Both the position numbers and the translations under genes were made by a program. Below the pieces are notes generated by a model. That model ran no database searches. It was given only the letters and a program-made list of their open reading frames with translations, and was not told the DNA's origin. Shown one piece after another: positions 54,145-62,075 of a DNA stretch of 64,000 bases (its first letter is position 1; the number at the start of each line of letters is the position of its first letter). This DNA comes from Oscillospiraceae bacterium (GTDB lineage Bacteria; Bacillota; Clostridia; Oscillospirales; CAG-272): NCBI GenBank assembly GCA_015064725.1, contig SVRQ01000010.1, positions 674-64,673 of the forward strand, in the 5' to 3' direction.

Positions 54145-54837
54145 ATGAAAAGGATAATATCGTCTATTTTAGCCTTGATTCTTCTCTGCGTAAGAGTTTT
54201 TGCCGCCGCACCGCCTATGAAAGACGGCGTGGTATTTTCGGGAACAACGGCTTGCGGAAAAAAGATAGCCCTCACCTTTGACGATGGTCCGCACCCGCGA
54301 AAGACGCCCGAAATTCTCGATATTCTCGATAAATACGGCGTAAAAGCCACGTTTTTCGTTGTCGGCACGAACGCAGAATATTACCCTCACCTTATAAAAG
54401 AAGAAGCGGAACGCGGACACGAGATAGCGAACCACTCATACTCCCACTCCCGTCTCTCGGAATTTTCCGCAGAACGGATAAAAGAGGAGATAGAACGAAC
54501 GGACGCGCTCATAAAAAAAGCATCCGGAATCACCCCCACGCTTTTTCGCCCGCCGGAGGGTAAATATTCGGAAAATATAGTGAAGGCGGCAGCCGAGATG
54601 GGTAAAAGCACGGTCATATGGACGGTGGATACGCTGGATTGGGCAAAGACCCCGGCAAGCGTTATAGCGGAAAACATCAAAAATAACGTCACCTACGGGA
54701 GTATAATACTTTTTCACGATTTCACCTCCAAGCAAGCGCACACAACGGAAGCTCTTGAAATAATAATCCCTTACCTGAAATCGCAAGGATATGAATTCGT
54801 AACGGTTTCCGAGCTGATAAAAGGACTAGGACAATAG
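54145..54837 (+). CDS. polysaccharide deacetylase (NodB homology) family protein
   Basis: 230 aa. Signal peptide. NodB motifs: LTFDDGP, HEIANHSYSH, FRPPEG, LFHD. Confidence 0.8.
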   Translation: MKRIISSILALILLCVRVFAAAPPMKDGVVFSGTTACGKKIALTFDDGPHPRKTPEILDILDKYGVKATFFVVGTNAEYYPHLIKEEAERGHEIANHSYSHSRLSEFSAERIKEEIERTDALIKKASGITPTLFRPPEGKYSENIVKAAAEMGKSTVIWTVDTLDWAKTPASVIAENIKNNVTYGSIILFHDFTSKQAHTTEALEIIIPYLKSQGYEFVTVSELIKGLGQ

Positions 54838-54869
54838 AAAAGCAGAGGGCATATGCCCTCTGCTTTTTT
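54838..54869 (+). terminator. intrinsic terminator after the deacetylase pair
   Basis: aaaagcagagggc / gccctctgctttttt hairpin with loop atat. Confidence 0.8.
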
Positions 54870-54870
54870 A

Positions 54871-55115
54871 TATAAAGAAAGCCACGCGATAGTCGCGTGG
54901 TTCAATAGAGGTTAACCGATGAGAAAAAAATCCTCTGATTGTGGTATAATGAAAATGACCTGCCAGTCAAAAAAACACAATCGGAGGATTTTTATTATGA
55001 AAAAAGAAAATATTGATACGAATAGTTTAGCACATACAAAATGGAATTGCAAGTACCATATAGTATTTGCGCCAAAATACAGTCCTTGCGGATTTACGTA
55101 ATATCCGATATATTT
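54871..55115 (+). mobile_element. IS200/IS605-family relic (internally deleted, PATE-like)
   Basis: Left-end hairpin ccacgcga/tcgcgtgg (54882-54900). A 15-bp stem (54929-54943 with 54976-54990) occludes the GGAGG RBS, as in IS200. The tnpA reading frame stops matching after about 28 codons. A further hairpin cggat...atccg (55089-55107) could be the right end. Confidence 0.6.
54997..55101 (+). pseudogene. tnpA: truncated IS200-type Y1 transposase (tnpA) fragment
   Basis: MKKENIDTNSLAHTKWNCKYHIVFAPKY matches the conserved N-terminus of IS200/IS605 TnpA (HxxWxCKYHIVFxPKYRRK). It then diverges (SPCGFT) and stops, whereas full-length TnpA is about 130-150 aa. Confidence 0.75.
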
Positions 55116-55125
55116 ATTTGGCCTT

Positions 55126-55425
55126 TTACTCACCCAGATATTCTTTCATTTTGGAAACGGCGGTCTCTATCATTTGGGAAAGCTCCCTCTCGGTGATAAG
55201 AAAGCGCGCCGCTGTGGGTATTCGCTCATAAACGGCGGCAACGACAGAGGCGTATTTTATCTCTCCCGTGCCGCCGCCCCATTCCTCCTCCGCCCTTGAA
55301 ACAAGGTAGAGCAGGACTGCGCGTATCTGCTTTTTCGAACCAAATCGCAAAAGCAGTATGAACGCGATAACGCAGACCAAAATAAAAACTATCGTGTGAA
55401 TGTTATATAATAAAAACTCCTTCAT
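55126..55425 (-). CDS. phage holin, LL-H-family-like
   Basis: ORF 55126..55446 (TTG). ATG 55425 is preferred (GGAG RBS). One N-terminal TM, then EEEWGGGTGEIKYASVVAAVYERIP...LSQMIETAVSKMKE, which resembles the LL-H holin family pattern from memory. Confidence 0.5.
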   Translation of the reverse strand: MKEFLLYNIHTIVFILVCVIAFILLLRFGSKKQIRAVLLYLVSRAEEEWGGGTGEIKYASVVAAVYERIPTAARFLITERELSQMIETAVSKMKEYLGE

Positions 55426-55472
55426 AAAACGCTCCGCCCAAAGCAAAAGGCAGAGTCCCTCCTTTCGCTTTT

Positions 55473-55772
55473 TCAGATAGACGAAAATATAAACGTGGCA
55501 AGCGCACCGATGACCGCGCTCGCGATAGCGGTCATAACGGCGCTGAAAACGGCACTCTGCCTTGCGCGCGGCAGCTTTTCTATTTCGGAAAGACGCTTTT
55601 CGTGCGCCTTTATCGTGGTATTTGTCGCCTCCAGCTTTTCAACAAGCCGCACAATATTTTCGTTCTGACGGTGAATCGCTTCCGTAAGATTTTCGAGGCG
55701 GTCGAGCCTGTGCGAGTTGCTTTTCTCACGCTCTTCGACCTTTACTATGCGTTCGTTCGATATTTCAGCCAT
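55473..55772 (-). CDS. xhlA: XhlA-family (haemolysin XhlA-like) lysis-associated protein
   Basis: 99 aa. N-terminal coiled coil (RIVKVEEREKSNSHRLDRLENLTEAIHRQNENI) and a C-terminal TM anchor, the architecture of PBSX XhlA. GGGGGTG RBS. Confidence 0.55.
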   Translation of the reverse strand: MAEISNERIVKVEEREKSNSHRLDRLENLTEAIHRQNENIVRLVEKLEATNTTIKAHEKRLSEIEKLPRARQSAVFSAVMTAIASAVIGALATFIFSSI

Positions 55773-55904
55773 AACGCACCCCCGAAGTAAAAATGTATGT
55801 CAAAAGATCATCTCCTTTAAGCCTTTCGGCTCTTTGGTAATAATTCTCCGACGATGTTTGATAATATAGGGAATAAAAATTGAAAGCTTTTCGCTTCCGT
55901 TCTA

Positions 55905-55933
55905 ATTATACCATATTTTTCGCAATTTGTAAA
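55905..55933 (-). promoter_or_regulatory. sigma-A type promoter of the xhlA-holin pair
   Basis: Minus strand: TTTACA (55928-55933), 17-nt spacer, TATAAT (55905-55910), preceded by TGg (extended -10). Confidence 0.55.
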
Positions 55934-55940
55934 TAGTTTT

Positions 55941-55956
55941 GCGAACATTTGTTCGC
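55941..55956. promoter_or_regulatory. LexA (Cheo/SOS) box
   Basis: gCGAACATTTGTTCGc is a perfect GAAC-N4-GTTC palindrome, 13/14 to the remembered B. subtilis consensus CGAACATATGTTCG. It lies 7 nt upstream of the -35 above. Confidence 0.65.
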
Positions 55957-55995
55957 ATTTTAAAGAAAAACCTTAATTTTCAAAAGAATTACTTT

Positions 55996-56023
55996 ACGTA
56001 GGGGCGACCATCGGTCGTCCGCC
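55996..56023 (+). repeat. REP-like hairpin related to the 27-nt repeats
   Basis: acgtaggggcgaccatcggtcgtccgcc shares the leader cgtagggg with copies 1 and 2, then has a different GC-rich stem (ggcgacc/ggtcgtc). Confidence 0.5.
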
Positions 56024-56046
56024 ACTCGCGGAACAAATTTCACAAA

Positions 56047-56075
56047 TAAAAAAGGACTCATACGAGTCCTTTTTC
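56047..56075 (-). terminator. intrinsic terminator after radA
   Basis: aaaaggactc / gagtcctttt hairpin (loop atac) with a T-run on the minus strand, directly after stop 56080. Confidence 0.75.
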
Positions 56076-56079
56076 AGTT

Positions 56080-57474
56080 TTAATTCTCTTTTTTACGTAG
56101 CAAAGGCAAAAGGTCGAACACGTTTTTCGCCGCAATGACCTCCACACCCTCGGGTATCTTCGTTGCCTTTGTAATGGCTCTGTAAGGCACAACTATCTTA
56201 CGAAAACCGAGGCGTGCGCTCTCTTTAATTCTGTCCTCCGCGCGCATAACGGCGCGGCATTCGCCCGCAAGACCAAGTTCTCCGAAGCAAAGCAGATCAT
56301 CCGGTATCTCTATATCCCTGATGGACGAAATAAGCGCCATAGCCATACCGATGTCGCTCGCTGTTTCCTCAATGCGAATACCGCCGATGACGTTAAGGTA
56401 AACGTCGTTTGCGGAAAATCTGAGCCCCAGCCTTTTTTCAAGCACGGCAAGTATCAGCGCCACACGGTTAAAATCTATTCCCGTGGACATTCTGCGCGGT
56501 GCGGGATATACCGTGGGCGTGCAAAGCGCCTGTATCTCCGCAATGATCGGGCGCGTACCCTCTATCACGCATACTGCGCAGTTGCCCGACGTTTTCTGCG
56601 GTCTGTCCGCAAGGAGCATCTCGGACGGGTTTTGCACCTCTGCAAGACCCGTGTCCCTCATCTCGAAAACGCCTATCTCGTTCGTGGAGCCGAAACGGTT
56701 CTTCATAGCTCGGATGATGCGGAAATTCTGTCTTCTTTCGCCCTCGAAATACAACACCGTATCAACCATATGCTCCAGGATCTTTGGACCCGCAATAGTT
56801 CCCTCTTTGTTGACGTGGCCGACAAGAAGGACACTCGTGCCGTCAGTCTTAGCCTTGTTAATAAACATAGATGCACATTCGCGTATCTGCGTCACACTTC
56901 CTGGGACGCTTGCGCTCTCCACGTGGTACATCGTCTGTATAGAGTCCACGATTATTATATCCGGAGCAAGCTTTTGAGCCTTGCTTATAACCTTTTGCGC
57001 GTTCGTTTCCGTAAGAACATATATGCGCTCGCCCTTGACGTCCAAGCGCTTTGCGCGCATAGCAAGCTGTGCGGAGGATTCTTCGCCGGAAACGTACAAC
57101 ACCGTTTTCGTTTTGGAAAGTGCCGCGCATATCTGCAAAAGCAACGTGGATTTACCTATACCCGGCTCGCCGGAGAGAAGCACGACGCTTCCCTCCACCA
57201 AGCCGCCGCCCAGCACTCTGTCAAACTCCGTCATACCCGTGTCCGAACGGATATATTCCGGAAGCTCATCCCAGGAAAGCTTTTCCGGCTCGGTATCTTC
57301 ACCCGTGCGAACAAGCATAGAGCGATGGGGATCGGCTTTTTTCGCCGCCGTACTTTCTTCCTCGTACGTTTCCTCCGTAAAAGTATTCCAGCTTCCGCAG
57401 GAGGGGCATTTGCCAAGCCACTTCGGGCTTTGATAATCGCACTCCGTACAAACGTAAACCTTTTTCTGTTTCAT
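56080..57474 (-). CDS. radA: DNA repair protein RadA/Sms
   Basis: 464 aa. N-terminal zinc finger (CTECDYQSPKWLGKCPSCGSW), Walker A GEPGIGKST, KNRFG motif and a Lon-like C-terminal domain. Confidence 0.96.
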   Translation of the reverse strand: MKQKKVYVCTECDYQSPKWLGKCPSCGSWNTFTEETYEEESTAAKKADPHRSMLVRTGEDTEPEKLSWDELPEYIRSDTGMTEFDRVLGGGLVEGSVVLLSGEPGIGKSTLLLQICAALSKTKTVLYVSGEESSAQLAMRAKRLDVKGERIYVLTETNAQKVISKAQKLAPDIIIVDSIQTMYHVESASVPGSVTQIRECASMFINKAKTDGTSVLLVGHVNKEGTIAGPKILEHMVDTVLYFEGERRQNFRIIRAMKNRFGSTNEIGVFEMRDTGLAEVQNPSEMLLADRPQKTSGNCAVCVIEGTRPIIAEIQALCTPTVYPAPRRMSTGIDFNRVALILAVLEKRLGLRFSANDVYLNVIGGIRIEETASDIGMAMALISSIRDIEIPDDLLCFGELGLAGECRAVMRAEDRIKESARLGFRKIVVPYRAITKATKIPEGVEVIAAKNVFDLLPLLRKKEN

Positions 57475-57498
57475 ATTTTAATGTCCTTTTTTTAAAAT

Positions 57499-58236
57499 TC
57501 ATTCTTGCATTTCAACAAACTCAAGCACGGAAGCACCTATCAGCGCGGCAAGCTTGCTCTGGTATTCTTCGTCCGCAAGCAGCGCCGCCTCCTGCTTATT
57601 GGAAAGAAATCCGCATTCAACAAGCACCGCCGGCACTTCTATATGGTGCAGGATATAGATAGAGGAATCCGCCGCCTTCGTTATGCGTGCATTACCGTTT
57701 TGCAAAAGAGATGCTGTCTTTTCCTGTATCATATCCGCAAGCACCCGGCTGTTTTCGTCGTTTTTGGAGTAATATACCTGCAAGCCCGAATATTTTTCCA
57801 CAGGAAATTTATTCATATGTATGCTGACGAAAATGCATTTTTCGTAATCGTCCGCCATATCAAGACGCGTATTAAGATCGTCAAGCTTCTTGTGCGCGGA
57901 GCTCTCGTCCGCATACATCACGTCCGTTTCCCTTGTCATAACAACGTTCACATCCGCAAGGGAAAGAAGAGCCTGCAGCTTTTTTGCCACGGAAAGATTG
58001 AGGTCCTTTTCAAGCAAGCCGTCTTCCGTGGAAGCTCCGCCGTCGCGCCCGCCGTGCCCCGCATCGATAATTACGGTCATACGCTCCTTCGCGGAAGCGG
58101 AAACACCGTGCTGTGCATCCGCCGCGGTAATGTGCTCGCCCGCAAGATAAGTAACGCTGACAAGAAGTATGCACACCGCCGAATAGCAGAAAAGAAAGCT
58201 TATCTGCCGCCAAAAATATGTTTTTTTCTTTTTCAA
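57499..58236 (-). CDS. cwlD: N-acetylmuramoyl-L-alanine amidase, CwlD-like (germination/cortex specific)
   Basis: 245 aa. TTG start. N-terminal TM. The stretch IIDAGHGGRDGGA...EKDLNL...MTRETD...VSIHMN...LVECGFLSN parallels B. subtilis CwlD as I recall it. Confidence 0.65.
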   Translation of the reverse strand: MKKKKTYFWRQISFLFCYSAVCILLVSVTYLAGEHITAADAQHGVSASAKERMTVIIDAGHGGRDGGASTEDGLLEKDLNLSVAKKLQALLSLADVNVVMTRETDVMYADESSAHKKLDDLNTRLDMADDYEKCIFVSIHMNKFPVEKYSGLQVYYSKNDENSRVLADMIQEKTASLLQNGNARITKAADSSIYILHHIEVPAVLVECGFLSNKQEAALLADEEYQSKLAALIGASVLEFVEMQE

Positions 58237-58241
58237 AACCG

Positions 58242-58287
58242 TTCACCGCCGAAATTATATTTTATGCAAAATATATTCGGCGGTGAA
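58242..58287 (-). terminator. long hairpin terminator after the 58298 membrane-protein gene
   Basis: 12-bp arms ttcaccgccgaa / ttcggcggtgaa with an internally paired AT loop, followed by GTTTTG on the minus strand. It overlaps the cwlD RBS region. Confidence 0.55.
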
Positions 58288-58297
58288 TGTGATTATG

Positions 58298-58951
58298 TCA
58301 GATAAGCTCGTCCTCTTCGTCGTCTTCGTAGCGTTTTGCTTTTCTTTCGGCTTTGAGCTTCTTTTTGTTTGCTTTTGCTTCCCTGCGGCGTTCCGCCTCC
58401 TCGGGGTTATCCGCAATGGGCAAAAGGCGAATGTCCTTTGTTCCGAGGAAATAAGAAAATCCGGAGAAAAGCACCGTGCAGAAAGGAGCTATCGCAAACA
58501 CGATAGGCGCTTTTATCCACGCGGTAAGACCTATAAACATCCCCTCCCACAGTACTGCGATGAATGAGAATATAACACCGGGGGATGCCGCCCATTCATA
58601 GCTCTGGAAATACCAGAAAAATACGTAAACGTAGCAAATGATAAAATCGGGTATTGCCGCGATAAGACCTATCAAAAATCCCTTCCAAGGGGATGCGGGG
58701 CTTCTGCCGCCTGCGGTCTTTATTCCGTCCTGCGCACCGAGATCCCATATCTTATCGTAGATCATAAAGAAATAAAATATGACGGAAAAAACGCCGAAAA
58801 GTCCGCACAAAAGAAATTCCGTTCGGCTTGTTTGCACTTCGTCAAACGGCAGATAAAGCATAAGACCGAAAATAGAGATAGCAATATGCACTATCAACAT
58901 TTTAACGGCGACATAACCGTTTTCACTGAAAAATTCTTTTAACTTTTTCAT
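58298..58951 (-). CDS. uncharacterised membrane protein with highly charged C-terminal tail
   Basis: ORF 58298..59020. ATG 58951 is preferred (GGAG RBS). About 5 TM segments. The tail is EEAERRREAKANKKKLKAERKAKRYEDDEEDELI. No family recognised. Confidence 0.55.
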   Translation of the reverse strand: MKKLKEFFSENGYVAVKMLIVHIAISIFGLMLYLPFDEVQTSRTEFLLCGLFGVFSVIFYFFMIYDKIWDLGAQDGIKTAGGRSPASPWKGFLIGLIAAIPDFIICYVYVFFWYFQSYEWAASPGVIFSFIAVLWEGMFIGLTAWIKAPIVFAIAPFCTVLFSGFSYFLGTKDIRLLPIADNPEEAERRREAKANKKKLKAERKAKRYEDDEEDELI

Positions 58952-59117
58952 AACACTCTCCGAAAAAAATATTGTTATCGTTATTATTTTAACCTTTATT
59001 TGCATCAAATGCAAGGGCAAGACGGAAAATAATATATTTTGTGCAAAAAAGTTTACATTTATAAAAAAAGGTTGTATAATATTTTGTATAATTCAAATCA
59101 AGGACTTTAATACAGCT

Positions 59118-60137
59118 ATGGAAGAAAAAACAAAGCACCATAATGACAAATCGCAGATCGTGGAGCGATTTTTGCGTTATAAGCTCGTAATACAGGGCAG
59201 ATCCAAAAAGACCGTGGAGGAATATGCAATAGATCTGCGTACTTTTTTCCGCTATATGATAGCGGTAAGAGACGGTATCGACCCATCCTCCGATGAATTT
59301 AATAAGATATCCATCGCCTGCGTTGACGAGGATTTTGTAAGAAGCATAAAGACCATCGATATTCTGGAATTTATGGCTTTTACGGCAAACACACGCGCAA
59401 ACGCCTCCGCCGCGCGCGCAAGGAAGCTTTCCACGATAAAAATGTTTTTCAAATATATGACCGTGGGCGAAAAGATAATATCCGTCAATCCTGCCGCGGA
59501 TATAGAGTCGCCGAAGCAGAAAAAATCCCTGCCGAAGTATCTTTCCGTAAAGGAGAGCAAGGAGCTTCTGCACAGCGTCGTTGCGGACGAGGACAGCAAA
59601 AACCGCGACCGTGATTTTTGTATAATAACGCTGTTTCTCAACTGCGGAATGCGTCTTTCGGAGCTTGTGGGAATAAGTCTTTCGGATATGGACCGCGAGC
59701 TTCGCTCCCTGCGCGTTATCGGTAAAGGCAACAAGGAGCGCATAGTTTACCTTAACGATGCGTGCCGCAGCGCTATCACGGCGTATCTTTTGCGCCGCGC
59801 ACAGGACTCCGAAAATATCAAGCCGGAGCATAAGAATGCACTTTTTATCTCCCGCCTCGGCAAGCGCATAAGCGTAAAGACAGTTCAATGGATAGTTTAC
59901 AAATACCTGGGAGAGGCAGGGCTTGATTACAAGCATTATTCAACGCATAAGCTGCGCCATACCGCCGCGACGCTTATGTATCAGGAGGGCGGCGTGGACG
60001 TACTCGCACTCAAGGAGATACTCGGCCATTCTGAGTTGAATACTACGCAGATATACACGCACATAAGCGACAGAAAGCTGGAAGAAGCCGTGGAAAGCCA
60101 TCCCCTTGCAAACATCACCAAGGACGACGTAAAATAA
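59118..60137 (+). CDS. tyrosine recombinase, XerC/XerD family
   Basis: 339 aa. SAM-like N-domain. Catalytic residues are readable (GMRLSEL, GKGNKER, HKLRHTAAT, LGHSELNTTQIYTH). Confidence 0.85.
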   Translation: MEEKTKHHNDKSQIVERFLRYKLVIQGRSKKTVEEYAIDLRTFFRYMIAVRDGIDPSSDEFNKISIACVDEDFVRSIKTIDILEFMAFTANTRANASAARARKLSTIKMFFKYMTVGEKIISVNPAADIESPKQKKSLPKYLSVKESKELLHSVVADEDSKNRDRDFCIITLFLNCGMRLSELVGISLSDMDRELRSLRVIGKGNKERIVYLNDACRSAITAYLLRRAQDSENIKPEHKNALFISRLGKRISVKTVQWIVYKYLGEAGLDYKHYSTHKLRHTAATLMYQEGGVDVLALKEILGHSELNTTQIYTHISDRKLEEAVESHPLANITKDDVK

Positions 60138-60150
60138 GCGAATAAATTTC

Positions 60151-60180
60151 TTGACACGGTATAGTTTTTTATGATATTAT
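60151..60180 (+). promoter_or_regulatory. sigma-A type promoter of rplI-dnaB
   Basis: TTGACA (60151-60156), 18-nt spacer, TATTAT (60175-60180), preceded by TGa. Confidence 0.5.
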
Positions 60181-60255
60181 AAAATAGATACCTATAAAAT
60201 TCGATTATTTCGATTATAGTATATAATTATTATATATAGCAAAGGAGAAAAAATA

Positions 60256-60708
60256 ATGAAAGTCGTACTTCTCGCCGACGTAAAAAGTCAGGGCAAAAAG
60301 GGTCAGGTCATCGACGTATCCGAAGGATATGCAAAGAACTTCCTCTTCCCCAAAAAGCTTGCCGTAGCGGCAAACAACCAGATCCTTACGGAGATCAAGG
60401 GAAAAGAGGAATCCAGACTTCACAATATAGAGCTTGAAAAGAAGGCTGCACGCGAAACAGCAGAAAAGCTTTCCTCCGTTACAGTAAAAATAACGACAAA
60501 AGCAGGCACGGACGGCCGCACATACGGCTCCGTTACCGCAAAGGACGTTGCGGAAGCCCTTGAAGCACAGCACAAAATAAAGGTTGACCGCCGCAAGATC
60601 ACGCTCGACAACCCCATCAAAGCGTTCGGCACTTATATTCTCGACGTAAAGCTCTACGCCGATATTTCCGGTAAGATCACCGTTTCCGTTACAGAAAGCG
60701 GAAAATAA
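60256..60708 (+). CDS. rplI: 50S ribosomal protein L9
   Basis: 150 aa. MKVVLLADVKSQGKKGQVIDVSEGYAKNFLFPKKLA is the canonical L9 N-terminus. Confidence 0.95.
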   Translation: MKVVLLADVKSQGKKGQVIDVSEGYAKNFLFPKKLAVAANNQILTEIKGKEESRLHNIELEKKAARETAEKLSSVTVKITTKAGTDGRTYGSVTAKDVAEALEAQHKIKVDRRKITLDNPIKAFGTYILDVKLYADISGKITVSVTESGK

Positions 60709-60749
60709 TACGTAAAACAAAAAATCATAACAAAAAGGAGTGGCAAGCT

Positions 60750-62075
60750 TTGGCAGAATCCGAAAAAAATATGCCGTTCGCACTTGAAGCCGAGCAATCC
60801 GTTCTCGGTTCTATACTTATAGATCCCGAAAAATTCACGGAAGTTACGGAAATTATCGGCGCGGACGATTTCTACCTTTCCGAGCACGCGGAAATATTCT
60901 CCGCTATGCGCGATCTTTTCTCGGAAAACAGAGAGATAGACCTTGTCACTCTGATAGATATGCTTGTAAAGCGCGGCGTATATAACGAGGAAGAAAGCAA
61001 AAAATACATAAAAATAATCGCGCAGATCGTTCCCAGTGCCGCCAACGTGCGGGATTACGCACGCATCGTAAAAGATAAAAGCACGCTTCGCGCGCTCATA
61101 AACGCCGCGGAAGAAATACGCGAGGAAGCGTTTACGGAGCAGGGCGATATACAGCACCTCGTTGACAGCGCGGAGCAAAAAATATTCAACGTATCCCACG
61201 GCAACGAAACAAAATCGTTCGTTACCCTCGGCGATGCCATCCGCCAGACATATGCGCGCCTTGACCTTATCACGAAAAACAAAAAAGCCGCTATGGGTAT
61301 CCCCACGGGTTACGAAGGGCTTGACAAGACCATCGTCGGTCTTGGTCCCGGTGACCTCGTTATCCTCGGCGCACGCCCCGGTATGGGTAAAACGAGCTTT
61401 GCGCTCAACATCGCCACGAACGTGGCAAAAAGCGAAAACAAGACGGTCTGCGTATTCTCGCTCGAAATGTCCGCCGAACAGCTTGCAACGCGCGTGCTTT
61501 CAAGCGAAGCTATGGTAAACAGCTACTCTCTTCGCTCGGGCAACCTGCAAAACGAGGATTGGGCAAAGCTTGCGGGTGCTGCCGCGCGTCTTTCAAAATG
61601 CAACGTACTTATCGACGATACCAGCGGTATCACCGTTACGGGTATGAAGGCAAAGCTTCGCCGCGTTAAAAACCTCGGTCTTATCGTGGTGGACTACCTT
61701 CAGCTTATGAAAGGCGAAACGAAAACGGACAACCGCGTGCAGGAGGTTACAGAGATCTCCCGCGGGCTCAAGCTTATGGCAAAGGACTTTGGCGTTCCCT
61801 GCATCTGCGCGGCACAGCTTTCCCGCGGTCCCGCAAAAGAAGTCCGCCGCCCCGCCCTTTCCGACCTTCGTGAATCCGGTTCTATCGAGCAGGACGCCGA
61901 CCTTGTTATGTTCTTGTTCAGCGAAAGCTATTATGACCCGACAAATCCGGAAAAGAAAGGCAAAGCGGAATGTATCATCGCCAAAAACCGTCACGGTGAG
62001 GTCAAGACAGTTCCTCTTCGCTGGATAGGCGAATACACGAAATTCTTAACTATGGATGCGGAGCACGAAGAATGA
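60750..62075 (+). CDS. dnaB: replicative DNA helicase DnaB
   Basis: 441 aa (TTG start 9 nt after GGAG; alternative ATG at 60771). PFALEAEQSVLGSILIDP N-terminus, Walker A GARPGMGKTSFALN, and the VVDYLQLM and RNGEV-type C-terminal motifs. Confidence 0.95.
   Translation: MAESEKNMPFALEAEQSVLGSILIDPEKFTEVTEIIGADDFYLSEHAEIFSAMRDLFSENREIDLVTLIDMLVKRGVYNEEESKKYIKIIAQIVPSAANVRDYARIVKDKSTLRALINAAEEIREEAFTEQGDIQHLVDSAEQKIFNVSHGNETKSFVTLGDAIRQTYARLDLITKNKKAAMGIPTGYEGLDKTIVGLGPGDLVILGARPGMGKTSFALNIATNVAKSENKTVCVFSLEMSAEQLATRVLSSEAMVNSYSLRSGNLQNEDWAKLAGAAARLSKCNVLIDDTSGITVTGMKAKLRRVKNLGLIVVDYLQLMKGETKTDNRVQEVTEISRGLKLMAKDFGVPCICAAQLSRGPAKEVRRPALSDLRESGSIEQDADLVMFLFSESYYDPTNPEKKGKAECIIAKNRHGEVKTVPLRWIGEYTKFLTMDAEHEE

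Noticed and set aside
54919-54996. N-terminal 26 codons of ORF 54919..55101.
   Set aside because: They lie inside the IS200-type leader hairpins. Only the part from ATG 54997 matches transposase sequence.
58951-59118. Origin-like switch of coding strand: genes to the left are mostly on the minus strand, and genes to the right (xer, rplI, dnaB, tilS, hpt) are on the plus strand. This is a possible oriC.
   Set aside because: By eye there are no DnaA boxes (TTATCCACA or its complement) and no obvious AT-rich unwinding repeats in the spacer, and dnaA/dnaN are not adjacent. The plus-strand rnf block shows that strand switches occur locally. A cumulative GC-skew calculation on the whole replicon would be needed, and I cannot run it.
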